Made by a program: the position numbers and the translations under genes. From Candidatus Cloacimonadales bacterium (GTDB lineage: Bacteria > Cloacimonadota > Cloacimonadia > Cloacimonadales > DAONDQ01), in assembly GCA_963662275.1 (NCBI GenBank), contig OY759316.1:1408001-1472000 (forward strand): a stretch of DNA of 64,000 nucleotides, read 5' to 3'. The notes beneath the pieces are model-generated. The model was not told the origin of the DNA. It worked only from the letters and a program-made list of their open reading frames with translations, and searched no databases. Every line of letters begins with the position of its first letter. The stretch's first letter is position 1. This document shows, in pieces, positions 9,999 through 20,800 of this stretch.

Positions 9999-11435
9999 AT
10001 GAAAATATTTTATGTATTATCATTTCTGGTCTTGGCTTCAATTTTATCAGCAGGAACAGTCACTTTTCACACCGATAACGCTCTTGCTACCGGCTGGAGA
10101 ACATGGATGTTCGACTACACAGTTGATAATCCCTATACACCCCATTTAACCCCTGCTACAGTTCAACCTATTTTTGCTTTTGAAACGATGAGTTATGCGC
10201 ATCGCGGTTATCCTTTTATTCAAAATGGTATTCCTGTCACTAGTGCTGTGTCAAGTTCGCGACTAATCGCAAAGACAGCCTACCCCATCATCACAAGCAC
10301 TCTTCCTGATACAACCTTGCATTTGGAATATGGTGATTATTGTTCAGCTACTGATTTCCAGTTGGCAGCTCTTTGTAAGATCAATACGGTTAATCCCAAT
10401 TCTCCCTGGAGTACAACTGCCCAGGCTGGTGATACTCGTATTTATGGTGGAGCTACCATGAAGATTGTTCAAAGCCATGGTTCTGCTTCTACATATTATA
10501 CTACAACCAAAGTGACACTGACAGATTGCTGGTTCACTTCAACGGCTCCCTATCCATATAATATAGGTTCCGGAGCTGCCATTACAGGTTATGGCTGGGG
10601 CAAAATAGATCCTGCAAACAGTGATACAGATTGGATGACTCCTCTCAATTCAAATGATGGGTTTGTAGAATTTCAATATAGCTCCTTTTCTTCTGTTGTA
10701 CAAACTGCTTTTGGAGAATATGGAAATGATTGCATGTTGTATCCTGCAACAGTTAAAAGATATGCTCGTTTTGGTAGTGCAGGATCTTTACCTTCGCAAG
10801 TGAATTCATCAAGTTATAATGACATGATCCTGGATTTGACCGCGGGAAGTTACTACTATTATCCGTTTGATAGTTCACATCGTATGATGACAAATAGAAT
10901 CGCCGGGAATCCCATTGGCACTTTTCCCGGTTCTGTTGTAAAAGTGTATAATGGATGTTATTGGGAAGCAGGAACCACTTTTAATACATTTACAGGGAGT
11001 CTTACTTTTGATCTAAGTAATATTCCCGGTATCCAAACCCCTGCAAATTTAAGGATCATGCAAAGACAGACTGGATATGGGACATTTTTTAATGTCGTTC
11101 CATCCACTATTATCAGCACTAATCCATTGCGTTTGAGAGTGGATAATCTGAATGTCCTGGGTCAATTTGCTCTTGGTTCAACAGGTGGGAATAACCTGGA
11201 GATCAACACACCTTTACAGGTTACTGTAACTCATATCAGTGCTCCATCTGAGAGCGTACGCATTGACTGGGATCCAGTTTCTAGTGCAACACAATATCAC
11301 ATTTATTACTCTGATGAACCTTATGATATTCCTGCTCATTGGGGCCATCTGGCAACAGTTCCTGTATCTTCTACACATTATTCGCTGAATCCATCATATA
11401 GTAAGAAATTTTTCTATGTAACAGCAGAAAAATAA
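9999..11435 (+). CDS. Hypothetical secreted beta-rich protein with FN3-like C-terminal module
   Basis: Signal peptide; C-terminus VRIDWDPVSSATQYHIYYSDEPY...KKFFYVTAEK. Confidence 0.7.
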   Translation: MKIFYVLSFLVLASILSAGTVTFHTDNALATGWRTWMFDYTVDNPYTPHLTPATVQPIFAFETMSYAHRGYPFIQNGIPVTSAVSSSRLIAKTAYPIITSTLPDTTLHLEYGDYCSATDFQLAALCKINTVNPNSPWSTTAQAGDTRIYGGATMKIVQSHGSASTYYTTTKVTLTDCWFTSTAPYPYNIGSGAAITGYGWGKIDPANSDTDWMTPLNSNDGFVEFQYSSFSSVVQTAFGEYGNDCMLYPATVKRYARFGSAGSLPSQVNSSSYNDMILDLTAGSYYYYPFDSSHRMMTNRIAGNPIGTFPGSVVKVYNGCYWEAGTTFNTFTGSLTFDLSNIPGIQTPANLRIMQRQTGYGTFFNVVPSTIISTNPLRLRVDNLNVLGQFALGSTGGNNLEINTPLQVTVTHISAPSESVRIDWDPVSSATQYHIYYSDEPYDIPAHWGHLATVPVSSTHYSLNPSYSKKFFYVTAEK

Positions 11436-11475
11436 TGAGATAATTAAGCGAATCAATATGCTTCACTATGCCATC

Positions 11476-11547
11476 GTAGAGACGCCCAACTGGGGCGTCT
11501 CTACGTTTTGCCTATTTTCATGAGACGCCCCAGTTGGGCGTCTCTAC
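11476..11547. repeat. Pair of REPs GTAGAGACGCCCAACTGGGGCGTCTCTAC
   Basis: Two palindromic copies; same family at 58074-58168. Confidence 0.85.
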
Positions 11548-11726
11548 CAAATTTTCTGATATATCATATCTACTTCTTTCAATTTGCACTTTCAATATTC
11601 AGTAACCAAACAGTATCCGAATAACATCCATACAGCATCCATTGGAAGTAAATGGACGATGTATTAATTCTCTAGTGAAAATGCATGTATTTTGAAATTT
11701 CAAAGAGGTATTTCTTTATTAGTTAA

Positions 11727-12102
11727 TCTGTGAAAAAAAGTAGTCAAGAAATCTTGGAGTCCAAATCGTCAGGTCAGGATTTACCTATTTACTCTATATA
11801 ATAGGAGATTCGGACTTCAAGATTTCGTACACGTAAGTATTTAGAATTAAATAAGTATTATGCAAAATTGACGCTTTCTTGAAATTCCTAGAAAACGATT
11901 TTCGCTGCCGAGGATGAGAGGTCGATTTTGAAGTCCGAATTTCCTATTACTTGAGAAATCGCAGTAGATTCGATGGAAATTTGAACTCCAAACTCTTAGC
12001 TTTCATATAAATTCCGAAATTCCCTGTTTGATTAATTGAGTTTTGATAATTTTCGAAGGGGATTTGGGACTCCAGGTCGCTCATAAGACTTTTTTCCACA
12101 GA
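11727..12102. mobile_element. Putative MITE / non-coding element with terminal and internal inverted repeats
   Basis: tctgtgaaaaaaagt vs acttttttccacaga (14/15 inverted match); several internal copies of a ttgRagtccRaat motif in both orientations; no ORF. Confidence 0.5.
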
Positions 12103-12238
12103 GTCTTAATAAATAATCTTAAATTCTTCAGAATTTCTTATTCTGTAAGCTATAACCCGGATGCAAATTCTCCTTGACTAATAAGTTATCAATACAATAG
12201 GCATTTAAACAGAAAAATATTAATAATTTGGAGGAAAA

Positions 12239-13957
12239 ATGAAAAACAAATGGATTTTCATCGTAATTATTATCCTGCTAGGTTTATGGGGAATGACATA
12301 TTGGGCTGCACACAGTTTTCTCAAGACAATGAAAGCATCGCAATCAGTAAATATTCCACAAGGTTCTTATCTGGTTTTAAAGCTGAACGGTCAGATCCCA
12401 GAATTCTCGCAAATCTCCATGGGTATTTTCGGGCAAGAACAGACGAGTGCTTTTGAAATCAAACAAAAAATACTCAAGGCAGCATTTGATAATCGCATCA
12501 AAGGGATCATACTTGAACCGAGTGGGGTTATCATGGGATATTCCACGGCTCATGAGATAAGGTCAGCCTTGGATAAATTTAGGACGAAAGGTAAGAAAGT
12601 ATATGCTTATCTGCAAATGGGAGCAACTAAGGATTATTACCTTTGTGCAGGTTCAGATAAGATTTTCATGAATCCATCTGAATCAGGAGGAATTCTATTT
12701 ACTGGAGTTGGAGCAAATCTTACTTTGATGAAGGATTTCCTGGATAAGATAGGGGTCACTTTGTATGTAGCCCAGGCAGGTAAATTTAAAGGTTATACAG
12801 ATTTATACACAAAAAGTACACTTTCTACTGACTTACGAAATGATCTAACAATTCTTTTTGGAGATGTGTACGAGAGATTGACTTCGGACTTGGCAAAAAA
12901 GAGAAATCTCTCCGAAGAGAAGATGAAATGGATCTTTGAAAAGAGAGAGGATATCTTCATGACAGGAAAGATAGCTAAGTCATATGGGCTTGTAGATTCT
13001 CTGATCTATGAAGATGATTTGTTCTCCTCTTTGAACATCTCAAAAGAAAAGCGTATTTCGATCAATAATTACCAGATTTACCTGAAACCGCAATTGGGTG
13101 AGAAAATTGCCATTATCTATTTAAACGGATCAATTATGCCCAGTAATGGAAATTGGACATCACAAACGATCAATGCCAAGGATTTTAGGGAAACACTAAA
13201 ACAAGTGACAGATGATTCGAATGTGAAGGCGATAGTATTGAGAATCAACAGCCCTGGTGGTTCTTCACTGGAATCAGATATTATTCTGAATCAACTCAGG
13301 AAAGTTAGGAGTATTCCTATTGTGATCTCCATGGGTGATGTGGATGCTTCAGGAGGATATTATATCAGCACAATAGGCAAATATATTTTTGCTGATCCCT
13401 ATACGATTACAGGTTCAATCGGTGTTGTGGCTATGATACCCAAATTTGATAGACTTGGGAAGAAGATAGGAGTTCATTCAGAATCAATCTCCTTCGGTAA
13501 ATTTACCGATATCTATGATCCATGGAGTCCATTGAATCCTGAATCTATGGGTGCTTTACAGAGAAGCACAGAAAGCATATATTCAGAATTCAAAAACTAT
13601 GTGGGAAATAGCAGAAAATTAACACCGGATGAAGTTGAAGCTGTTGCCCAGGGACAGGCTTGGTCTGCGGAAAGAGCAAAAAAAATTAAGCTTGTGGATG
13701 AGGTTGGAACATTGGAAGATGCGATCAAGAAAGCTGCTGACTTAGCAAAGATGAAAGAAATCAATGTCGTATATTATCCAAAACAGAAGTCAATCCTTGA
13801 TGTCATTTTAAACGAGAAACTGAATCAAGGTGCATTCAGTTCATTATTGCAACATGCTATGGCAAAAGAACTTGGAACAGAGCACGCTCTTCAGTATAAA
13901 GACATGTTCCTGTCTCAACCACTCCAAATGATCTTGCCTTTTATCCCAGAATATTAA
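12239..13957 (+). CDS. sppA: Signal peptide peptidase SppA (S49, 67K type)
   Basis: RINSPGGS, ASGGYY, TGSIGV motifs; duplicated S49 domain. Confidence 0.92.
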   Translation: MKNKWIFIVIIILLGLWGMTYWAAHSFLKTMKASQSVNIPQGSYLVLKLNGQIPEFSQISMGIFGQEQTSAFEIKQKILKAAFDNRIKGIILEPSGVIMGYSTAHEIRSALDKFRTKGKKVYAYLQMGATKDYYLCAGSDKIFMNPSESGGILFTGVGANLTLMKDFLDKIGVTLYVAQAGKFKGYTDLYTKSTLSTDLRNDLTILFGDVYERLTSDLAKKRNLSEEKMKWIFEKREDIFMTGKIAKSYGLVDSLIYEDDLFSSLNISKEKRISINNYQIYLKPQLGEKIAIIYLNGSIMPSNGNWTSQTINAKDFRETLKQVTDDSNVKAIVLRINSPGGSSLESDIILNQLRKVRSIPIVISMGDVDASGGYYISTIGKYIFADPYTITGSIGVVAMIPKFDRLGKKIGVHSESISFGKFTDIYDPWSPLNPESMGALQRSTESIYSEFKNYVGNSRKLTPDEVEAVAQGQAWSAERAKKIKLVDEVGTLEDAIKKAADLAKMKEINVVYYPKQKSILDVILNEKLNQGAFSSLLQHAMAKELGTEHALQYKDMFLSQPLQMILPFIPEY

Positions 13958-14127
13958 CCAATTCATATTGTATAAAAAAGAAAGTTGAAATTAACCTGAG
14001 ATAAGGTTATATTGTTATAAAGCAGTTAAGTATGAAACCTGGTATTTGGAAGAAATAGGGGAATTTACTTGACCCTTGCTTTGAATATTTGAAAATGACA
14101 TTATCGTATGTATAAGGAAAATTAACC

Positions 14128-15630
14128 ATGTTGAATGAGATAATCATAAATATTCATCCTTTTGAGAAGAGGGTGGCAATTCTAGAAGATGGCAAACTAG
14201 TTGAGCTATTTGTAGAAAAAAAGAACAAACAGAATGTTGTAGGAAACATCTATAAAGGTATCGTAAAAGATGTACTTCCAGGGATGGGAGCAGCTTTTAT
14301 CGATGTCGGACTGGAAAGAACTGCATTTCTGCATTATTCAGATATCGTCGTTGACTTTCTGGATTATTTTGATGCAGAACAACCTCGTCATCATCGCTTT
14401 GGTGATTCATCCAAAATCGGTGAATTATTAAAACCGGGACAGGAAATTATCGTCCAGGTTCATAAAGGTCCTATTGGCAATAAAGGGGCGCGGCTCACGG
14501 GTCAGATTTCAATACCGGGTAAGTACCTAGTTTTCTTTCCTAATAAGAATAAGATTGCCATTTCCCGTAAAATAGCATCTTCAAATGAAAAAGCAAGGAT
14601 TAAGGGAATCTTAAGTGCCATTAAGGATGAAAATGTAGGTTTGATCGTGAGAACTGAATCAGAGGGAAGCTCAGAAGAAGATTTTACCAACGAATACCAT
14701 GCCCTGGCTAAGACTTGGAGATTGGTGGAAAAGCAACTTAAATTTGTGAAACCACCTGAATGCGTATTCGACGAAAATGACTTAGCGAATACATTAATAC
14801 GCGATCTATTTTCGAGTCATGTGGATCGTCTGGTTGTTGATAGTAAACAATTTGTGAAAACACTCAACTCACAATTAGAAGATGCAGCCCCGGAATTGAT
14901 GGAAAGAGTGGAACTCTACCAGGAAGATTCTCCAATTTTTGATGCTTTTGGCATAGAGAAGAAAATAGAAACTATCTTTCAATCACGATTATATTTACCT
15001 AGCGGTGGAAATATCCGTATTGAGCAGACAGAAGCTCTGGTTGCCGTGGATGTGAATACCGGAAGTTTTACCGGTCATTCTAATTATGAAGAAACTGTAA
15101 AGAAGACGAATATAGAAGCTGCAGTTGAAATAGCCAGGCAGATCAGGCTTCGTGATTTAAGTGGAATCATGGTCTTGGATTTTATTGACATGGCTCACGA
15201 TACCAGTAGGGAAGAAGTGATCAATATTCTCCGTAGAGAATTAAGACGCGATCGTGCTAAGAATAAAGTATATCCTTTCGGACCATTAGGACTTGTGGAA
15301 GTGACAAGAAAACGGATGCGTCCATCGCTTGTCCTGAGCTATTCTGAACCTTGTCCTCATTGTAATGGAACTGGGAAAAATCTATCACGGGATGCAGTTG
15401 TAATGAGGATACACAGGTGGCTTAGCCGTTCGGAGTATTTTATTGGCAATATGAATGTACGGGTAATTGTACATCCGAATGTGCGAAAATTCTTACTAGA
15501 TCATCCTGATTATATGAGCAGCTTTAAGAATCGTGTAGAATTTGTGACAGATGAAAACTTAAAGTCAGATCAGTTCAAGGTCTATCCCCAGGGGGATGAA
15601 AAAGAAATTACGAATAAATATAATCCTTGA
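14128..15630 (+). CDS. rng: Ribonuclease E/G family
   Basis: S1 domain GNIYKGIVKDVLPGMGAAFIDVG; DVNTG; DFIDM; CPHCNGTG. Confidence 0.92.
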   Translation: MLNEIIINIHPFEKRVAILEDGKLVELFVEKKNKQNVVGNIYKGIVKDVLPGMGAAFIDVGLERTAFLHYSDIVVDFLDYFDAEQPRHHRFGDSSKIGELLKPGQEIIVQVHKGPIGNKGARLTGQISIPGKYLVFFPNKNKIAISRKIASSNEKARIKGILSAIKDENVGLIVRTESEGSSEEDFTNEYHALAKTWRLVEKQLKFVKPPECVFDENDLANTLIRDLFSSHVDRLVVDSKQFVKTLNSQLEDAAPELMERVELYQEDSPIFDAFGIEKKIETIFQSRLYLPSGGNIRIEQTEALVAVDVNTGSFTGHSNYEETVKKTNIEAAVEIARQIRLRDLSGIMVLDFIDMAHDTSREEVINILRRELRRDRAKNKVYPFGPLGLVEVTRKRMRPSLVLSYSEPCPHCNGTGKNLSRDAVVMRIHRWLSRSEYFIGNMNVRVIVHPNVRKFLLDHPDYMSSFKNRVEFVTDENLKSDQFKVYPQGDEKEITNKYNP

Positions 15631-15695
15631 CACGGAAGACCTCCTAAAATGCAGTGTCTAAACCTTGAAGTGAGTTTTAGAGAAGGAGTATAGAA

Positions 15696-16010
15696 ATGTA
15701 CGCGATTGTTGATTTTAAAGGCGTTCAATTAAAAGTTGAAAAAGATACCTTAATTAAAGTTCCATACTTAGGTGAATTGGAAGTAGGGACACGAATTGAG
15801 ATGGACAAAGTATTGATGATTCGTAATGATAGTGATATCGAAATTGGTCAGCCATTAGTTCTTGAAGCGAAAGTAATCGCTGAATTTGTGATGAATGGAA
15901 AAGACGATAAGATCATTATTTTCCATAAGAAGAGACGTAAAGGCTATGCCAAAAAGAATGGTCATCGCCAGCGTTTTTCACAGATCAAGATCTCTGAAAT
16001 TAAGAATTAA
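15696..16010 (+). CDS. rplU: 50S ribosomal protein L21
   Basis: MYAIV..., KKRRKGY..KNGHRQ. Confidence 0.97.
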   Translation: MYAIVDFKGVQLKVEKDTLIKVPYLGELEVGTRIEMDKVLMIRNDSDIEIGQPLVLEAKVIAEFVMNGKDDKIIIFHKKRRKGYAKKNGHRQRFSQIKISEIKN

Positions 16011-16027
16011 ATAGAGGGGATAGCAGC

Positions 16028-16291
16028 ATGGCACATAAAAAAGGTGTAGGAAGCAGTCGTAATGGAAGAGATAGTAATCCCCAGTATCTGGGTGTAAAAA
16101 AATACGGCAGCGAAGTAGTGAGAGCTGGAAATATTATTATTCGCCAAAAAGGCACAAAGTTCAAAGTTGGAAACAACGTTGGTCTTGGCAGAGATTATAC
16201 GATTTTTGCCTTAATTGATGGCTTTGTAAAATTTGAAACAAAAAAGGCAGGAAGAAAGTACGTCAGTGTATATCCAACATTGGAAGCCTAA
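16028..16291 (+). CDS. rpmA: 50S ribosomal protein L27
   Basis: [16 protein letters not shown]. Confidence 0.98.
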   Translation: MAHKKGVGSSRNGRDSNPQYLGVKKYGSEVVRAGNIIIRQKGTKFKVGNNVGLGRDYTIFALIDGFVKFETKKAGRKYVSVYPTLEA

Positions 16292-16311
16292 GCCTGCCGA
16301 GAGTTATATGA

Positions 16312-16337
16312 GCGCCCTCTAACGAGGGCGTTTTTTT
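16312..16337 (+). terminator. Intrinsic terminator after rpmA
   Basis: gcgccctc-taac-gagggcgt + T-run. Confidence 0.85.
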
Positions 16338-16399
16338 ATTGACGAATATAATTGTATTTAGGAACGATGTAATATTAGATTTGAATCATAGGAGGAAGT

Positions 16400-16795
16400 A
16401 TGAAAGTCGTTCATTCCACGGATGTGAAACTTGAAGATGTCAATGTTGAAGGTTCTTCTTATACAAAGATCAGGTGGTTAATTGCCCAGAATGATAGTGC
16501 TCCAAATTTTGCTATGCGTTTATTTGAGATTGCACCCGGAGGTCATACTCCATTTCATAAACATGATTGGGAACATGAAGTGTATGTAGTGGAAGGAACC
16601 GGTAAGCTGGTTTTTGAAGATGGAGAACAGGCTTTTGTGGCTCACGATGCCATATATGTCGATCCCAATCAAATGCACCAGTTTCAGAATACAGGTGAAA
16701 CAACGATGAAGTTTCTATGTATGATTCCTCATGAAAAACCTGTGGTAAAAAAAACGGTGAACCCGTTTGCTGGCGGTAAAGCAAATAACTGCTAA
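16400..16795 (+). CDS. Cupin domain protein
   Basis: HKHDWEHEVYVVEGTG and HQFQN cupin motifs. Confidence 0.9.
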   Translation: MKVVHSTDVKLEDVNVEGSSYTKIRWLIAQNDSAPNFAMRLFEIAPGGHTPFHKHDWEHEVYVVEGTGKLVFEDGEQAFVAHDAIYVDPNQMHQFQNTGETTMKFLCMIPHEKPVVKKTVNPFAGGKANNC

Positions 16796-16918
16796 CAATC
16801 GATACTTGGTATATAGACAGATGTTATGGACAAATCAATAAGTCATCATCTGTACAAAAGCAAATTATGCTGATTATATTGATATCAAAAGAATAAGTAT
16901 ATTTTTCAGGGAGATTTC

Positions 16919-17995
16919 ATGGAAACGAAAAACATCGAATTTTTCAAACAGCTAACATCTACTCCCAGTCCTTCAGGGAACGAAGAAAAAGCACAAAGGA
17001 TTTTCCTCAATTTTACGAAGACATATGCTGATGAAGTGAAGACTGATATCAATGGAAATGCTGCCGCTGTTCATTACGGTACTTCTCATAAAACGACTCC
17101 ATACAATGTCATGTTGAGCGGACATGCTGATGAAATTGGCCTTATGGTTTCACATATAGATGAAAATGGATATCTTTATGCACGTATTATCGGAGGAATA
17201 GATATCACACTTTTACCTGGACTTCGACTCGATATTCATCATGATGATATGGTTGTGAGAGCGATTGTAGGTAGGAAACCCATACATATGCTTCGTGACT
17301 CAGAAGAATCTAAACCGAAGATAGAAGACCTTTGGCTCGATATTGGCGCTAAAGATAAGGAAGATGCTCTTCAGAAGGTGGCAATTGGTGATGTCATCAC
17401 TTATGTTCCTAACTTTGAGCATTTAACCGATGATCTGATTGTAAGTAAAGGAACTGATAATAAGGCAGGTGTTTTTGTTGCTGCGATGGTAATGTCTCTT
17501 TTGCACAAAAACAGGAAGATCTATCCTGATGTATATGCTGTCTCAACAGTTGGAGAAGAGGTAGGCGCTAAAGGTGCCAAAACAAGCTCTTTCGACATCA
17601 AACCAATTATCGCACTAGCTCTCGATGTAACATTTGTATCTGATCACCCCGGTGTAGATAAGCGTACTTTTGGAGAAGTTGGATTGGGCAAAGGTCCTGT
17701 ACTGACCATTGGTTCTATGATCAATAAAAAAGTACTAGCGCTTTTAAAGAAAACGGCAGAAGAAGAAGCAATTCCTATACAGTTTGAGATATCTCCCACT
17801 CGTTCAGGAACAGATGGAGATGTGATTCATAATAATCTAGCCGGTATTGCTTTAGCAATTATCAGTATTCCTAATCGTTATATGCATACCCCCAATGAAA
17901 TAGTATCATTGAGTGATCTGGAAAATGCAGCTAAATTGATAGCAGGATTCTTGAAACGTCTTGGACCTGGCTTCAATCCTGATCCCATACAATAG
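16919..17995 (+). CDS. M42 family metallo-aminopeptidase
   Basis: GHADEIG, DNKAG, GEEVG, DVT, YMHTPNE. Confidence 0.9.
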   Translation: METKNIEFFKQLTSTPSPSGNEEKAQRIFLNFTKTYADEVKTDINGNAAAVHYGTSHKTTPYNVMLSGHADEIGLMVSHIDENGYLYARIIGGIDITLLPGLRLDIHHDDMVVRAIVGRKPIHMLRDSEESKPKIEDLWLDIGAKDKEDALQKVAIGDVITYVPNFEHLTDDLIVSKGTDNKAGVFVAAMVMSLLHKNRKIYPDVYAVSTVGEEVGAKGAKTSSFDIKPIIALALDVTFVSDHPGVDKRTFGEVGLGKGPVLTIGSMINKKVLALLKKTAEEEAIPIQFEISPTRSGTDGDVIHNNLAGIALAIISIPNRYMHTPNEIVSLSDLENAAKLIAGFLKRLGPGFNPDPIQ

Positions 17996-18006
17996 GTGAA
18001 ATACAG

Positions 18007-18771
18007 ATGATTGTTGTTGATCACCTGGTGAAGGAATTCCAGCAAAAAAATGGAGAGATGATGCGTGCCGTTGATGATCTCTCTTTTACCGCAAAACACA
18101 ATGAAGTCGTCTGCCTACTCGGGGTTAATGGTGCAGGTAAAACTACAACGATGCGTATCCTGTCCACGGTTTTCATGCCTTCTAGTGGCACAGCAACAAT
18201 AGAAGGTTATGATGTGAAAACTCAAGCGCAAAGAGTACGTGAGAACCTGGGATTCCTATCTGGGGATACCGGTTTATATGCCAAATTATCTGTGAAGGAG
18301 ATACTTAGTTATTTTGGTGATCTGTATGATGTTCCACGCAATACTTCAGATCAGCGTATTCACGATATGGCTAATCTCCTGGATATGAATGAATTTTTAG
18401 ACAAGAAGATCGAGTTCCTTTCAACAGGGATGAAACAAAAAGTCTCAATTGTTCGTTCCGTCATTCATAATCCACCCACAATGATACTTGATGAACCCAC
18501 AGCAGGACTAGATATTCTTACTGCTCGTAATATCGTTACTTTTATGCGCAGATGTCGGGAAGATGGGAAATGTGTGTTATTTTCCACACATATTATGAGA
18601 GAAGCAGAACGACTTGCTGATAAAATCATAATGGTTCACAAGGGAAAACTGCTAGCTGAAGGACCTCTTGAGCAATTACGTGATATGGCATCTCTACGTG
18701 ATTTGGATGATATCTTTATTTTCTTTGTCAATCAATCGAATGAGGATGAGGTTCACCAGCATGAATTTTAG
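18007..18771 (+). CDS. ABC transporter ATP-binding protein, NatA-like
   Basis: GVNGAGKTT, LSTGMKQK, ILDEPT. Confidence 0.88.
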   Translation: MIVVDHLVKEFQQKNGEMMRAVDDLSFTAKHNEVVCLLGVNGAGKTTTMRILSTVFMPSSGTATIEGYDVKTQAQRVRENLGFLSGDTGLYAKLSVKEILSYFGDLYDVPRNTSDQRIHDMANLLDMNEFLDKKIEFLSTGMKQKVSIVRSVIHNPPTMILDEPTAGLDILTARNIVTFMRRCREDGKCVLFSTHIMREAERLADKIIMVHKGKLLAEGPLEQLRDMASLRDLDDIFIFFVNQSNEDEVHQHEF

Positions 18772-20800
18772 AAAAGTACTCAGAATATACAGAAAAGAAC
18801 TCTTGGAATTGTTCCGTGACCGTCGTACTCTTTTTACGACCATCCTATTACCTGTTATACTATATCCTGTTATATTCATCGGTCTTTCCTCCCTCATGAG
18901 CCGGCAGGAAACTAAAATGTCAGAAGCAGGGGCAACAGTGATTGTCCAAGATCATATCAAAGACAGTAATTCAAGATTGTTAATTTCTGAATTGAAACAA
19001 ATACCGAACTTTCAGATTCGGGAATCAGCAACATTTATTGATAAACTTTATAAAGAAAAAGCCATCCAAGCTGTCATCGACATTAGTGACTCCACTACGA
19101 CTGACGGTGTGGTTATTTACAAAATATTGATCAAATATGATAAAACAAATGATCGCAGCGATATGGCTTACATCAAACTGACAAATCAATTGAGTATCGC
19201 AGAGAAAAAGATCGTGGGACTTCGCTTAAAGACACGTGGTATCCCTGAAAGCTATGTGAATGCAGTTAAGGTGGTGGAAAACAATACTGCTTCTTCCCAG
19301 CAGATGATGGGTCTATTCTTTGGACGTTTCCTTCCTTATATGCTGGTTATGATGATCATTACCGGTGGAGCATATGTTGCAACTGATCTGGTAGCAGGAG
19401 AAAAGGAAAGAAAAACACTTGAAACACTACTTGTCAGTTCTGCTCATCGCAATGAGCTAGTATTAGGGAAATATCTTACTATCATCACAGTATCTTTCAT
19501 TAATGTGCTGGTCAACCTACTAAGTATATATTTTTCAATGTCCAAAGTGCTGAATTTAACTGGAGAAGTGGGTAACCAATTTTCTTTCCCTATGGGTAGC
19601 TTCGCCCTCATACTAGTTGCCTTACTGCCATTAATCACACTCTTTGCAGCAATTCTTTTATCAATTTCCACATTTTCTAGAAATATGAAAGAAGCCAAAG
19701 CTTATGAGGGTCCTTTGGTTATAGTGGCTATGATGCTGGGTATGATCAGCTTTCTTCCGTCTTTTGAGTTGAATAATGGCTTGGCTTTAATTCCAGTTAT
19801 CAATATCTCCTTATTATTCAAGGAAATTATGCTACAGCAGATGCAGCTTAGTCATTTCCTGATTACAATAGGCTCAACTATTTTACTGGATATTATTGCT
19901 ATTTATTTTACAATACGTTTGTTCAGTACAGAATCCGTGTTATTCCGTACGGAAGAAGAATCTATCAGTTTCAAATCCCTTCTTAAGAATAAACGGGCTT
20001 TCTTCACTCCCTATTTTGGTATGATCTATTATATTGCAGCCATGGCTGCGTTTTACTATCTTGGATTCAGTTGGCAGAAGGAAAATCTGGTAAATGGCTT
20101 ACTGCAAACACAAATAATTCTCATTTTCCTACCAGTCATCCTGATATTAAAAACTCTGAAATTGAATCAGAAAGAAGTACTGCGGTTGAAACCAACGAAA
20201 GGAATCAATTATCTTTTAGTCTTCCTAATGGCATTCCCAATGTTTGTGTTATCAACAGCGATAGCCCAGTTGATTAACCTGATTTATCCATTTCCACCTG
20301 AATATTTAAAGACGATGAATGGACTTATGGATATAGGAAATTTACCACTCTATAAAGTTGTTATGCTCATTGCCTTGCTTCCTGCTATATGTGAGGAAGT
20401 CATGTTTCGCGGTTTCATCTCACGTTTCTTTGAAAACTACGGAAGATGGACAGCTATTATTATTACAGCTTTACTATTCGGATTATTCCATCTTGACATG
20501 TATCGTATGCTTCCTGTAACAATACTCGGGATTTGGCTAGGATATCTTGTGATGCAAACTGGTAGTATCCAAATGTCAATGCTAGCTCATTTCCTAAATA
20601 ATGGAACTGCAGTATTAGTTTCATATTTAATAGAAAAGAAATTGTTTCCGAATTTGTTATTATCCGGTGATGATCTTTCCTGGTGGTTGTTACCTCCAGC
20701 GATAGTGATATTGGCATGCCTTGTATATCTCTTTCATCATCAGAATCGTACGATAATTGAAGTTGATATCGAAAATAAGGAGATTGTATGTGCGGAATAG
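18761..20800 (+). CDS. NatB-like ABC permease fused to CPBP (CAAX/Abi) intramembrane protease
   Basis: AGEKERKTLETLL; C-terminal EEVMFRG, FGLFH, HFLNN; start moved to ATG 18761. Confidence 0.85.
   Translation: MNFRKVLRIYRKELLELFRDRRTLFTTILLPVILYPVIFIGLSSLMSRQETKMSEAGATVIVQDHIKDSNSRLLISELKQIPNFQIRESATFIDKLYKEKAIQAVIDISDSTTTDGVVIYKILIKYDKTNDRSDMAYIKLTNQLSIAEKKIVGLRLKTRGIPESYVNAVKVVENNTASSQQMMGLFFGRFLPYMLVMMIITGGAYVATDLVAGEKERKTLETLLVSSAHRNELVLGKYLTIITVSFINVLVNLLSIYFSMSKVLNLTGEVGNQFSFPMGSFALILVALLPLITLFAAILLSISTFSRNMKEAKAYEGPLVIVAMMLGMISFLPSFELNNGLALIPVINISLLFKEIMLQQMQLSHFLITIGSTILLDIIAIYFTIRLFSTESVLFRTEEESISFKSLLKNKRAFFTPYFGMIYYIAAMAAFYYLGFSWQKENLVNGLLQTQIILIFLPVILILKTLKLNQKEVLRLKPTKGINYLLVFLMAFPMFVLSTAIAQLINLIYPFPPEYLKTMNGLMDIGNLPLYKVVMLIALLPAICEEVMFRGFISRFFENYGRWTAIIITALLFGLFHLDMYRMLPVTILGIWLGYLVMQTGSIQMSMLAHFLNNGTAVLVSYLIEKKLFPNLLLSGDDLSWWLLPPAIVILACLVYLFHHQNRTIIEVDIENKEIVCAE

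Noticed and set aside
18761..20800. NatB-CPBP fusion as a novelty or Abi defence gene
   Set aside because: This fusion is a known architecture in ABC exporters.
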